Part shown: piece after piece, positions 9,022 to 20,852 of the stretch
Layout: every line of letters begins with the position of its first letter
Numbering within the stretch: position 1 is the stretch's first letter
Assembly (NCBI GenBank): GCA_039798785.1
Contig: JBDKFG010000001.1
Span: 64,001-128,000, forward strand
Source: Verrucomicrobiota bacterium
Lineage (GTDB): Bacteria > Verrucomicrobiota > Lentisphaeria > Lentisphaerales > Lentisphaeraceae
DNA: 64,000 nt
Direction of reading: 5' to 3'
Made by a program: the position numbers and the translations under genes
The notes under the pieces: generated by a model
The model's input: only the letters and a program-made list of their open reading frames with translations
What the model was told of the DNA's origin: nothing
Databases searched by the model: none

Positions 9022-10485
9022 TCAGGGCTTTCCCGGCGCGGCCACCAGCTTGCGATAGAGGGGCAGGGCCTCAGTCGCCGGGACTTCCTTGCCTTCGTGC
9101 CAGAAGCTGATCAGCTGGAATTCCTTGCCGTCTCGGGCCTTCACCGCGACGTTGTCGGGGGAGATGGTGGCGCGCCCGAGAGTCCTTTCGGTCGGCCATT
9201 GGATAGAAGTGAAGGTCTGGTAGGCCAGTTCGGAGCAGACGATGCGGTCGAGGGTGCCGACATCGAAGTTGAAATCGTAGGCCTTGCCGTGTTGACGGAA
9301 GGCGCGCCGCAAGGTTTCGGCCTGGGCTTCGCGGTCGAGGCTGCCGCAGCGCAGGATGGCGACGTCGTCGACGTCGAGGAAGCGCGCCAAGGTGTTGAGC
9401 TGGACCCCGTCGCGCAGGGCTTCGAGGACGCATCGGCCTTGGCGGATCTTGTCGTGATGGGGGCGGACGAGCGGGTCTTCCCAGAGGCCGGCGGCCTTCA
9501 GCTCGGCTTCTGTGCCGAGCCAGATGGCGACATGGCCGAAGTGACCCGGTATCAGCTTGTCGGTGAGGCGGAAGGGGGTTTTTTCGAGTAGGATGTCGAG
9601 CGGCTTGAGTTGGGACCCGACTGCGGCGGTGACTTCGGGGCGTTGGAACAGCCGGCCATGGCGGGTCTGGATCAGCCCGACGGCATTGCCGAAGGCGCCA
9701 GAGACGCTGTCGACCACCTGTTCGCCGATGAAGAAGCCCTTGACGTCGACCCGTTCGGCGAAGAGGCCGATCTTGCCGGCGTAATCCCCCAGGAATCCCC
9801 CTTTGCCGATGGTGGTGACCGAGGGAGAGCTTTCGATCACGGCGAGCAGATAATCGACCTGGGGGTCCTGGCGGCGCATCTGCTCGAATCTGGCCTTGTG
9901 GGTCTGCAGCAGATCGAGGGCGCGGCGGAAGCGGAGGCGGTTTTCCCGGGAGTGGTAGGCTTCCATCACCTCCGAGAAGGATTCGGACTTGATGCCGTAG
10001 CCGGAGTCGGCGCGTTCGGCGAGCTTGCGCAGCTGCGAGTCGTCGCGGATGGCGGCGTAGCAGAAGGCGTGGTTGTCGTACAGCACGACTGCCGCGGCGA
10101 GGGCGATCAGGCCGCCTTTGAGACGGGATTCGTCGCTGACCAGGGAGAGATGGTCGGGGTCGGCGACGACGCTGTAGTGCTCGAGGACGCGGAGGAATTC
10201 GCGGCGCATGGAGAGATGCTCGGCGACGCCGGCGGAGAAGGCTTCGATGTCGGCTGGGCCCAAGGGCTGTTTGAGCTTTTTCAAGGCGCGGTGGCGAGCG
10301 ACGAAATTCAAGCTGCCGGCACGAAGGGTCAGGGCCCATTCGGTGATGTCCTGAAGGTGCTCGACAGCGACTTTCTGCTGCGCGACCTCAAGGCGGTTGA
10401 ATTCCTTCATGTGAGGGTCGTCATCGCTTCCTTGAGTGGAGGCCGGTGCGAAGGCGAGGAGCAGGGCGGTGCAGGCAGGGAGCAT
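9022..10485 (-). CDS. Secreted permuted NlpC/P60 (YiiX/YebB-like) cysteine hydrolase
   Basis: Signal peptide; DILLEK..IPGHFGHVAIW precedes YDFNFD..IVCSEL (His before Cys); alternative TTG start 10497. Confidence 0.8.
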   Translation of the reverse strand: MLPACTALLLAFAPASTQGSDDDPHMKEFNRLEVAQQKVAVEHLQDITEWALTLRAGSLNFVARHRALKKLKQPLGPADIEAFSAGVAEHLSMRREFLRVLEHYSVVADPDHLSLVSDESRLKGGLIALAAAVVLYDNHAFCYAAIRDDSQLRKLAERADSGYGIKSESFSEVMEAYHSRENRLRFRRALDLLQTHKARFEQMRRQDPQVDYLLAVIESSPSVTTIGKGGFLGDYAGKIGLFAERVDVKGFFIGEQVVDSVSGAFGNAVGLIQTRHGRLFQRPEVTAAVGSQLKPLDILLEKTPFRLTDKLIPGHFGHVAIWLGTEAELKAAGLWEDPLVRPHHDKIRQGRCVLEALRDGVQLNTLARFLDVDDVAILRCGSLDREAQAETLRRAFRQHGKAYDFNFDVGTLDRIVCSELAYQTFTSIQWPTERTLGRATISPDNVAVKARDGKEFQLISFWHEGKEVPATEALPLYRKLVAAPGKP

Positions 10486-10493
10486 TGTCAAGC

Positions 10494-11489
10494 TCAATCT
10501 TTTTCGCTGGGGGCTTCGTCGCCGAGGCGGGCACCCTTGGCGTAGTAGTTGACGTAGTAGTCGCGGACGGCGCGTTCGAAGGAGGAGAAGCGGTGGCGGA
10601 AGCCGGCGCGGCGGAGCTGCTGCAGGTCGAGGCAGGTGTAGTACTGGTAGCGCTCGCGCATCGTCTCCGGCATGTCGAAGAATTCCATCTTCACCGGGCG
10701 GCCCATCGCCTTGAAGCAGGCGTTGGCCATTTCATTGAAGGAGCGGGCGTGCCCCGAGCCGGCGTTGAAGAGGCCGTTGATCTCCGGCTTGTCGAGGAAG
10801 AAGAGGACCATGTCGACGACGTCCTTGATGTAGACGAAGTCGCGCATCTGGCCGCCGTCGGGGTAGTCGGGGTGGTGCGAGCGGAAGAGCCGGACGACGT
10901 TGGTGGCGTCGATCTGCTGCAGGCAGTTGTGGATCATCGAGACCATCTCGCCCTTGTGCGCCTCGTTGGGACCGAAGACGTTGGCGAACTTCAGGCCGAT
11001 CATCTCGTCGAGGATGCCGTTGCGGGAGGCCCAGAGGTCGAAGAGGTGCTTGGAGTAGCCGTAGGGGTTGAGGGGGCGGAGCTTGTCGAGGTCGTCGGGC
11101 AGGTCGGAGAAGCCCTGGGTGCCGTCGCCATAGGTCGCCACCGAAGAGGCGTAGATCAGGCGGATGTGCTTGTTCAGGCAGTAGCTGGCGACCGCCTGGG
11201 AATACTTGAAGTTGTTTTGGATGAGGTAGCTGGCGTCGTCGTTGAGGGTGTCGGTGCAGGCTCCCATGTGGATGACGCAGCTGATGTTGTCGGGCAGGGC
11301 GTCGTTGCGGATGCCGTCGAGGAAGGCGTCGCGGTCCATGTAGTCGAGGAACTGCAGCGGCACCAGATTCTTCCACTTGTCGCTTTTGTCGAGATGGTCG
11401 ACCACCATGATGTTGCGGATGTTGCGCCGGTTCAGCCCCCAGATCACGGCACTGCCGATGAATCCTGCTCCGCCTGTGACCACGATCAT
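10494..11489 (-). CDS. hldD: ADP-L-glycero-D-manno-heptose 6-epimerase
   Basis: MIVVTGGAGFIGS, HMGAC, PLNPYGYSK, FGPNEAHKG, RDFVY; GGAGG RBS. Confidence 0.93.
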   Translation of the reverse strand: MIVVTGGAGFIGSAVIWGLNRRNIRNIMVVDHLDKSDKWKNLVPLQFLDYMDRDAFLDGIRNDALPDNISCVIHMGACTDTLNDDASYLIQNNFKYSQAVASYCLNKHIRLIYASSVATYGDGTQGFSDLPDDLDKLRPLNPYGYSKHLFDLWASRNGILDEMIGLKFANVFGPNEAHKGEMVSMIHNCLQQIDATNVVRLFRSHHPDYPDGGQMRDFVYIKDVVDMVLFFLDKPEINGLFNAGSGHARSFNEMANACFKAMGRPVKMEFFDMPETMRERYQYYTCLDLQQLRRAGFRHRFSSFERAVRDYYVNYYAKGARLGDEAPSEKD

Positions 11490-11699
11490 GCTCGGCCTCC
11501 TTAAGAAGAAAAATTGACTGGCTTCCTCCTCCAATCTGCACAACTTCAGACCGCTTTGCAAACCTTTCCTGCGGCTTTGCCGCGAAAATGCTAGAAAATC
11601 CGGGGCAGGCTGCCGGATGCGGACGGAGCTACGACGGTGCGCGCCGCCTTGCAGCAGCTCCAAGACGCCAGTATCTTGGGTGCATCTGGAGACCGCAAC

Positions 11700-12227
11700 A
11701 TGAAACTGCTAGGCCCTTTGTTTGCAGCTGTGATGATCTTCTCTTCGTGCAGCGAGAACCTCGATCCTGCCAAGACTTACAAGATCAAGCCGAACGACAA
11801 GCTCGACAACATCACCTGGGAGCAGTATCTGAAGTACTGCGACGAGGGCAATTCCGAAGCCCCCGGCAATTACAAGCTGCTGCATGAGCGCAGCGTCACC
11901 TGGCAGGGACAGGCGACCTTCGTCGAGAAGACCGAGCGTTCGGGCTATGGCGGTAACTGGCTCGATGAAGAGCTGCGCATCAAGATGGAACCCAGCCGCG
12001 GCACCATAGCCGACGTCCGTCTTTATCTCGAACGATCCTGCGAGAAGGACTTTAAGAGCATTAAAGTTCATCTTACGGATGGCGATATCGTGCAGTTCAC
12101 CGGCAATTTCCGCTCTCGCGGCGGCGGCATGTCCGATCACATACTCATCTGCAAATCGCTGAAGAGGATCGGTAAACCCAAGCCGAAGGAAGAGGCGAAG
12201 CCGAGCCAGCGCTCCAGCGTTCGCTGA
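11700..12227 (+). CDS. Hypothetical lipoprotein
   Basis: Lipobox FSSC after hydrophobic leader; stop overlaps next ATG (TGATG). Confidence 0.7.
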   Translation: MKLLGPLFAAVMIFSSCSENLDPAKTYKIKPNDKLDNITWEQYLKYCDEGNSEAPGNYKLLHERSVTWQGQATFVEKTERSGYGGNWLDEELRIKMEPSRGTIADVRLYLERSCEKDFKSIKVHLTDGDIVQFTGNFRSRGGGMSDHILICKSLKRIGKPKPKEEAKPSQRSSVR

Positions 12228-12847
12228 TGCGAATCGAAGCCTGGTCTTGCTGGCCGCCGGGCCCGGATGCTCCGGAGACTCCTCCCTGCGCTTTCGTCGA
12301 GCCGATGCAGCGTCGCCGCCTCTCGCTTTTCGCCCGCCGGCAACTCCAGGCGGCCTACGACTGCTTGCAGCAAAGCGCCGCATCCGAGGAGGAGATTCCG
12401 AGTGTTTTCGCATCTCGACACGGCGAGGTGTCGCAATCGCTGCGGCTCCTCGCCCAGATCCGGGTGGCTGAGCCTCCTTCGCCGCAGGGTTTCGCTCTTT
12501 CCGTTCATAATTCGGTGGCCGGCCTCTGGAGCCTGCTCCGTCGCGATCGGGCGCCGTCGATCTCAATCGCCGCCGGGGCGGAGACGCTTCATGCCGCCCT
12601 GACCGAGGCCCGGATGCGACTGGGCACCTGTCCCGGGGGACGGCTTCTCCTGGTTGTCGGCGACGAGCCGCTGCCCGAGTCCTACCGCGCCTGGTCTGAA
12701 GAGGGGGTGCGCAGCCATGCCTTGGCGATCCTCCTGCATCGCGATGCCGGCGCGCTTTTCCCGTCTGCCGATGCCTGGCGAGCCTCGTCATGTCCGGTCT
12801 CCGCCTTGGCTGATCAGCTCCGGCGTCTTGCCGGATCGAAAGATTGA
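12227..12847 (+). CDS. Beta-ketoacyl synthase chain length factor (ApeC-like)
   Basis: PMQRRRLS, VFASRHGE, SPQGFALSVHNS, DEPLP; no catalytic KS triad. Confidence 0.85.
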   Translation: MRIEAWSCWPPGPDAPETPPCAFVEPMQRRRLSLFARRQLQAAYDCLQQSAASEEEIPSVFASRHGEVSQSLRLLAQIRVAEPPSPQGFALSVHNSVAGLWSLLRRDRAPSISIAAGAETLHAALTEARMRLGTCPGGRLLLVVGDEPLPESYRAWSEEGVRSHALAILLHRDAGALFPSADAWRASSCPVSALADQLRRLAGSKD

Positions 12848-12857
12848 GGACTTGCTG

Positions 12858-12896
12858 ATGTGCGGGATCATTCTTGCCGCGGCGGTCTCCGGATGA
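12858..12896 (+). other. 12-codon mini-ORF MCGIILAAAVSG (possible deletion scar or coupling peptide)
   Basis: GAGGA RBS 7 nt upstream; its TGA overlaps the next ATG (ATGA). Confidence 0.35.
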
Positions 12897-13678
12897 AGCC
12901 GCTCTTCCGCATCTGGCAATTCCTGGTGATCGCCGCCGCTGCTTCGGCTTATGCCGCCGGAGTGCTGCTGAACTGCCTGTTTCTGCTTCCGCTGATCTAT
13001 TTGTGCGGAACGAGAAAGGAAGTGCGCCGCCGGATGGTACGCCGCCTGATCTCCGCTCAGTTCCGTCTCTTCCTTTCCTTCCTCAGGTTCTGCCGCATCC
13101 TCATCGTCGAGCCGGCGGCGGCACCAGAACTCGGCCGGGCGACACTGATCGTCGCCAATCACCCTTCCTTGCTCGACATCCTGATCCTCATCGCCCACTT
13201 CCCGGAAGCTGACTGCCTCGTCAAGAAAAGCCTTTGGCGAAATCCCTTGGTCGCGCCGATGCTGATCAGCGCCGGCTATCTATCCAATGACGATGCTGCC
13301 GGCTTTCTCGAGTCCGCCGCGGAGCGCCTCGGTGCCGGATTCCCGATCGTCATCTTCCCGGAAGGGACGCGCTCGCCGCCTCAAGGAATGTTCCCCTTTC
13401 ATCGCAGTGCCGCCTCCCTCGCTTTGCGGCACGCTTGCCAAATCCTGCCTGTCCGCTTAGAGTTCAGCCATCGCGTCCTCGCCAAAGGCCAGCCGATCTT
13501 CCGCTTCCCCCCCTGCAGCGTCCGCTGCAGGCTCGAATTCCGGGAGCTTGTGGAATGCGGCGACCCTTCACCGGGCCGGAGCCAGTCCCTCACCCGCCAA
13601 CTCGAAGTCCTTCTCAGCCCCGGATCCCCAGATGGAACAGGAAATCAAAGAACTGATCGTCAAGACCCTCAGCCTTGA
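12893..13678 (+). CDS. Lysophospholipid acyltransferase family (ApeD-like)
   Basis: ANHPSLLD (HX4D), DCLVK, IFPEGTRS. Confidence 0.88.
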   Translation: MKPLFRIWQFLVIAAAASAYAAGVLLNCLFLLPLIYLCGTRKEVRRRMVRRLISAQFRLFLSFLRFCRILIVEPAAAPELGRATLIVANHPSLLDILILIAHFPEADCLVKKSLWRNPLVAPMLISAGYLSNDDAAGFLESAAERLGAGFPIVIFPEGTRSPPQGMFPFHRSAASLALRHACQILPVRLEFSHRVLAKGQPIFRFPPCSVRCRLEFRELVECGDPSPGRSQSLTRQLEVLLSPGSPDGTGNQRTDRQDPQP

Positions 13679-13883
13679 AGGACTCAGTCCCGCCGATATC
13701 GACAGCAATGCGCCGCTCTTCGGCGATGGACTCAGCCTTGACTCCATCGACGCCCTCGAGCTTGGCGTCGCCATCCAGAAGACCTATGGCATCAAGCTCG
13801 AAGGCGGCGACGCCGAGACCAAGGCCGCTTTCGCCTCCGTCAGCTCTCTCGCCCGCTTTGTCCAAGCCCGGAGAAAATCATGA
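13632..13883 (+). CDS. Acyl carrier protein 1 (ApeE-like)
   Basis: PLFGDGLSLDSIDALELG. Confidence 0.92.
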   Translation: MEQEIKELIVKTLSLEGLSPADIDSNAPLFGDGLSLDSIDALELGVAIQKTYGIKLEGGDAETKAAFASVSSLARFVQARRKS

Positions 13884-14146
13884 GCCAGCCCGCCCCGATG
13901 GACCGCGACGCTATTCTCGCGAAAGTCCGCGACATCCTCGCCAAGCAGTTCGAGATCCCCCCCGAAAAGGTCGTTCCGGAGGCTCAGCTCTACACTGATC
14001 TCGGGCTCGATTCGATCGATGCCGTCGACCTCGTCGTCACCCTCCAGGACATGGCCGGCCGCAAGGTCGACGCTGATCGCTTTCGCAGCATCCGCAGCGT
14101 CGAGCAGCTGGTCGATGCCATCTATGACCTGCTGAACGGGAAGTGA
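13880..14146 (+). CDS. Acyl carrier protein 2 (ApeF-like)
   Basis: LYTDLGLDSIDAVDL. Confidence 0.92.
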   Translation: MSQPAPMDRDAILAKVRDILAKQFEIPPEKVVPEAQLYTDLGLDSIDAVDLVVTLQDMAGRKVDADRFRSIRSVEQLVDAIYDLLNGK

Positions 14147-14748
14147 CCATGGCCAGCCGCCTGCTCCAGTTCGCCTTCATCCTCCTGATGCTCCTCTACC
14201 CGCTGATCGTCTGGTTGGGATTGAGTCATTTTCAACAAAAGGGCGAGGGCAATGTCACCATCGTCGCCAGTATCCTGCTGGCCATCGTGTCGCTTCGCTT
14301 CCTGGTGATGAAAACCCGCAGCGACGCCCTGATCACCATGCTTCCCTTCATGCTGTCGGCCCTCTTCCTCGCCGCTTCAGCTTTGACGAATGAAGAAACC
14401 TGGATGCTGATGCAGCCGGCGATGATCAATCTGGCGATGTTCATCGCTTTTGCCCTCTCCCTGCGCCACCCGCCCTGCGTCGCCGAACGCCTGGCTCGCC
14501 TGGAAGACCCGAAACTTCCACCTGAAGGGGTGATTTATTGCCGCAAGGTCACCCGTGCCTGGTGCAAATTCTTCATCGCCAACGGCACTTGCGCAGCGGT
14601 CTCCGCCTTCATGCATTTCCAAGTCTGGGTCTTCTACAACGGCTTTGTCGCCTACATCTTGATCGGATTGTTCTTCGTCGTCGAGATGTTCCTTCGACGT
14701 CGCGTCAAGGCCCGCATCGCCGCTAAGCGTGCCAAGGGCGAACTCTGA
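14143..14748 (+). CDS. Membrane protein (ApeG/COG4648-like)
   Basis: YPL..W.GL, AERLARL, YCRKVTRAWC.FFIANG, WVFYNG. Confidence 0.85.
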   Translation: MTMASRLLQFAFILLMLLYPLIVWLGLSHFQQKGEGNVTIVASILLAIVSLRFLVMKTRSDALITMLPFMLSALFLAASALTNEETWMLMQPAMINLAMFIAFALSLRHPPCVAERLARLEDPKLPPEGVIYCRKVTRAWCKFFIANGTCAAVSAFMHFQVWVFYNGFVAYILIGLFFVVEMFLRRRVKARIAAKRAKGEL

Positions 14749-14853
14749 AAGTTCCAAGCCCCTCTTGCAGCCTCGTCTCCAAGAGGCATATTCCCGGCCA
14801 CTCACGACGGCTCCGGCCGTGAAACGCAAAACCCAGACCTCAGGAAGTCCCCC

Positions 14854-15424
14854 ATGGCCACCTTCGGCGTAGAAGATCTCAAGAAAGGCCTCCGTCTCAA
14901 GATCGACGGCAAGCCCTACCTCATCACCGAATTCGAATTCAAAAAACCCGGCAAGGGCCAGGCCGTCTATCGCTGCCGCGTCAAAGACCTGATCACCGGC
15001 AACACCTTCGAAAAAGTCTGGCGCTCCGGCGACAACTTCGAGACCGCCGACCTCGAGTCCCTCACGGTCAACTACTCCTACGAGAACGGCGACGACTTCG
15101 CCTTCATCGATCAGAACAGCTCGGAAGAGATCGTCCTGACCCGCAAGCAGCTCGAAGACAAGTGGCACTTCCTTACCGACGATGCCGAGTGCGAACTGCT
15201 CCTCTTCGAGGGGAAGGTCATCGACGTCACCCTCCCCACCTGGTTCTATGCCGAACTCACCACTTGCGAACCCGGCGTCCGCGGCGACACCGCCAACAAC
15301 GTCACCAAGCCCGCCTTCACCAAGACCGGCTGGGAAATCCGCGTCCCCCTCTTCCTCAACCAGGGCGACTGGGTCAAGATCGACACCCGCACCGGCGAAT
15401 ACGTCGAACGAGTCGCCAACCCCA

Positions 15425-15444
<20 letters not shown>
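14854..15444 (+). CDS. efp: Elongation factor P
   Basis: KPGKGQA (Lys-type loop), PGVRGDT, KIDTRTGEYVER. Confidence 0.96.
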
Positions 15445-17822
<2,378 letters not shown>

Positions 17823-17901
17823 GTCCAACCCTAGGCTTCGGCATACTCCCCTTGAAGCGTGTCTTGCAGGCTTCGGGGGATTTTCTTTGCGGACGACGAG
17901 C

Positions 17902-18501
17902 ATGACGGCCTTCATCCTGAGCTGCTGCGCCTTCAGCATCTCCCCAGGACCCGGGGCTCTCTGCTCGATTCAGAAAAGCCTCCGTCAAGGACGGACCGCC
18001 GCCTTTGTCTCCTTGGCCGGATTGCAAGCCGCCTTGCTCCTTCACTTGATCGCGGTCGCCACCGGCCTCGGCGCTCTCTTCGCCAAGATCCCAAGCCTCC
18101 AACAGGTCGTCGGCTTCCTCGGAGCTTCGTGGTTTCTCTTCCTCGCCTGGCAGCGATGGAACGCCGCCACAGCCTTGCCTGAAGAATCACCCAGGCGCCG
18201 ACTGGGTCAGGAGTTCCTCGATGGCTTTCTGGTCAATCTCGGCAACCCGAAATCCATCCTTTTTCTCGTCGCTTTCCTTCCTTCCTTCATACGCAGTGAC
18301 GCCCCGCCGCTGCCTCAGTTCGCCAAGCTCGGCAGCCTGATCGTCGGCATCGACATCCTGGTGATGAGTGGCTACATCCTCGCCGCCCTGTCGTTGAGCC
18401 GCTTCTTCCGGGAGGATGCCACCCGCCGCCGACTCGACCGCCTCTTCGCCCTCGTCTTCGCCGCTTTGGCGATTTTCCTCGCCTGGCGCAGCCTGGCTTG
18501 A
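17902..18501 (+). CDS. LysE/RhtB family amino acid exporter
   Basis: SPGPG, GFLVNLGNPKSILF, multiple TM helices; start uncertain. Confidence 0.85.
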   Translation: MTAFILSCCAFSISPGPGALCSIQKSLRQGRTAAFVSLAGLQAALLLHLIAVATGLGALFAKIPSLQQVVGFLGASWFLFLAWQRWNAATALPEESPRRRLGQEFLDGFLVNLGNPKSILFLVAFLPSFIRSDAPPLPQFAKLGSLIVGIDILVMSGYILAALSLSRFFREDATRRRLDRLFALVFAALAIFLAWRSLA

Positions 18502-18531
18502 CAGAATCCTCTTCTGTCGTATTTTTACGAC
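18498..18531 (+). promoter_or_regulatory. ars promoter with ArsR-type operator
   Basis: TTGACA (18498) -16- TATTTT (18520), overlapped by palindrome GTCGTA-TTTT-TACGAC (18516-18531). Confidence 0.7.
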
Positions 18532-18547
18532 GAAATGGAGGATGCGC

Positions 18548-18889
18548 ATGTCGAAACCCGAAAACTTCTCAGAGTCGCAACAAAGGCTTGCGGCCTTGGC
18601 AAAGGCCTTGGCGCATCCGGCTCGCATCGCCATTTTGCAGCAGCTGTCGACGGATCAGGGATGTCGCAGCACCGAGCTTGATCTGCCCTTGGCTCGTCCC
18701 ACTGTGGCCCAGCATCTCGCAGCCTTGGCTGAGGCAGGGTTGATCCGCGGCTCCTTCTCTGGTCGCAAGCTTTGCTACTGTCTTGATCGCGAGGCTCTTC
18801 GCGAGCTCAGCCGGGGGCTGAGTGTTTTCACCAGCTCTCTGGAGTGTCCTGATGAAGTAGCGAGCAGCTGCGAATCCGGCGGCTGCTGA
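18548..18889 (+). CDS. arsR: ArsR/SmtB family regulator
   Basis: KALAHPARIAIL, LARPTVAQHL, CYC motif and C-terminal Cys; GGAGG RBS. Confidence 0.85.
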   Translation: MSKPENFSESQQRLAALAKALAHPARIAILQQLSTDQGCRSTELDLPLARPTVAQHLAALAEAGLIRGSFSGRKLCYCLDREALRELSRGLSVFTSSLECPDEVASSCESGGC

Positions 18890-18922
18890 CCCTCAATTCA
18901 CCATGTCATAAGGAGAAAGACG

Positions 18923-19546
18923 ATGCTTCATACCAGCTTGAGCATGCACCTCGAAAAAGCCCGAGGGCTCCGCTCTGAAATCAGCAGCGAACGCCGCGCG
19001 GTACTCGGCAAAATCGCCGCCTACGTCCGAAGCGCCCTGCACGAGCGCCGGCCGCCGCAGCTGGTTTTTGTCTGCACTCACAATTCCCGGCGCTCGCATC
19101 TCGGACAGGTCTGGGCCCAGATCGCCGCGCATGCACATGGTCTGCACAGCGTACGCACCTACTCCGCCGGCACCGAAGTCACCGCCTGCCACCCCAACAC
19201 CTTGACTGCTCTGGAAAGCTGCGGCGTCCAGGTTCATCGCGGCGGCGAGACGGAAAATCCCCGTGCCGTGCTGAGTTTCGGTCCGCAAATCCCCAGCACT
19301 TTCGCCTGGTCGAAAACCATTCATGACCCCAGCCTGCCCCAGGCCGGCCACTGCGCCGTCATGGTCTGCGGCAGCGCCGACGCAAAATGTCCTTTCCTGC
19401 CCAACGCACATCGCATCGGCTGCACCTATGTCGATCCGAAGATCAGCGACGGCAGCCCCGCGGAGGCTGAAACCTACCTAGCCCGATCCCTTCAGATCGC
19501 CTGCGAAATGGATCTGGTGATGCAAGTGGCCCAGCAAGAGACCTAA
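18923..19546 (+). CDS. LMW-PTP-fold arsenate reductase-like protein
   Basis: FVCTHNSRRS (CX5R), MVC.SAD..CPF, DPK; ars context. Confidence 0.82.
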   Translation: MLHTSLSMHLEKARGLRSEISSERRAVLGKIAAYVRSALHERRPPQLVFVCTHNSRRSHLGQVWAQIAAHAHGLHSVRTYSAGTEVTACHPNTLTALESCGVQVHRGGETENPRAVLSFGPQIPSTFAWSKTIHDPSLPQAGHCAVMVCGSADAKCPFLPNAHRIGCTYVDPKISDGSPAEAETYLARSLQIACEMDLVMQVAQQET

Positions 19547-19547
19547 G

Positions 19548-20186
19548 ATGCCCAAGCTTTTTTCGGAATTCCTAGGCACCTTGCTGCTGATCTTCGCCGG
19601 ATGCGGCGCCATCGTCGTCAATCAGCAGAGTGGCGCCCTGGGGCATGTCGGCGTCGCCATTTCGTGGGGCCTCGCAGTCTGCGTGCTGATCGAAATCTTT
19701 GGCAACAGCAGCGGCGCCCATTTCAATCCTGCCGTCACCCTCGCCTTTGCGGTGGATCGGCGATTCCCCTGGTCGCAGGTGCCTGGCTATCTTCTGGCGC
19801 AATTCGCCGGAGCGGTGAGCGGCGCGACTCTGCTCCGTCTCCTTTTCCCTTCGGCGGACAGCCTGGGAGAGAGCCTGCCCTCGGGAATCTGGCAGCAAAG
19901 CTTCCTCCTTGAGTTCATGCTGAGCCTGCTGCTGATGCTGGCGATCCTGGCGATCTGTCGCGACGGACGCGAAAAAGGACTCGCCGCTTCGCTCTGCATC
20001 GGCGCCGCCGTCGGGCTCGACGCGATGTTTGCCGGTCCGGTCTGCGGCGCTTCGATGAACCCGGCTCGTTCCTTCGGGCCGGCACTGATCAGCGGTCACC
20101 TGCAGGGACTCTGGATCTACCTCGCCGCACCCGTACTGGGGATGCTGATCGCCATCCCTGTCCATCGCCTGATCAACGCGAAATGA
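19548..20186 (+). CDS. MIP/aquaporin family channel (AqpS-like arsenite channel)
   Basis: SGAHFNPAVT and GASMNPARS NPA motifs. Confidence 0.9.
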   Translation: MPKLFSEFLGTLLLIFAGCGAIVVNQQSGALGHVGVAISWGLAVCVLIEIFGNSSGAHFNPAVTLAFAVDRRFPWSQVPGYLLAQFAGAVSGATLLRLLFPSADSLGESLPSGIWQQSFLLEFMLSLLLMLAILAICRDGREKGLAASLCIGAAVGLDAMFAGPVCGASMNPARSFGPALISGHLQGLWIYLAAPVLGMLIAIPVHRLINAK

Positions 20187-20253
20187 AGTCGAGGGAGGGG
20201 GTGCTTTCTTCATTTCCGGCTATCCTTGGAGCCAAGCAAAACGGGAGAGCGTG

Positions 20254-20724
20254 ATGGATGCGAATTTCGACGCCTATGACTTCAGCCTGACCAGCACCAA
20301 GACCTATCAGGAATATCCCTGCGCCCACCGTCAGTGGCGCCACGACGGCCATTGCAAGCTGGTTCACGGCTATTCCCGCAGCTTCAGCTTCTGGTTCGTC
20401 GCCAAGGAGCTTGACAAACACGGCTTCGTCATGGACTTCTCCGCCCTGAAGCCGCTCAAGGCCTACCTTGACGACACCTTTGACCACACCTTGTTGATCA
20501 ACGTCGACGACCCCGAGATTCCCTTCTTCCGGGAGATGGAGAGGCGCGGTGCCTGCAAGCTTCGCATCCTGCCCAACGTCGGGATGGAAGGCAGTGCCCG
20601 GCATTTGTGGGAGATCGCCGACCGTCTGGTCCGCGAGTCCAGCCAGGGGCGTGTCCGCTGCTTCCGGGTGGAATCCCGGGAGAACGCCAAGAACTCCGCC
20701 CTGTACTCACCTTGCGGACGCTGA
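20254..20724 (+). CDS. 6-carboxytetrahydropterin synthase / PTPS family (QueD-like)
   Basis: CAHRQ..HCKLVHGY, VMDF, FDHTLL, E...NSA. Confidence 0.82.
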   Translation: MDANFDAYDFSLTSTKTYQEYPCAHRQWRHDGHCKLVHGYSRSFSFWFVAKELDKHGFVMDFSALKPLKAYLDDTFDHTLLINVDDPEIPFFREMERRGACKLRILPNVGMEGSARHLWEIADRLVRESSQGRVRCFRVESRENAKNSALYSPCGR

Positions 20725-20852
20725 GAATTCCCGAAAAAGCTTGCAGCTGAGGGCTTGCCAGCCTTCTCAGCCCTTGTATTGTTCGGCTCCTTCCGCCCGA
20801 CTGGGTGGATCAAGCTTTCCTGTAATGAAATAGAAAAAACTGGAGACCTGGA

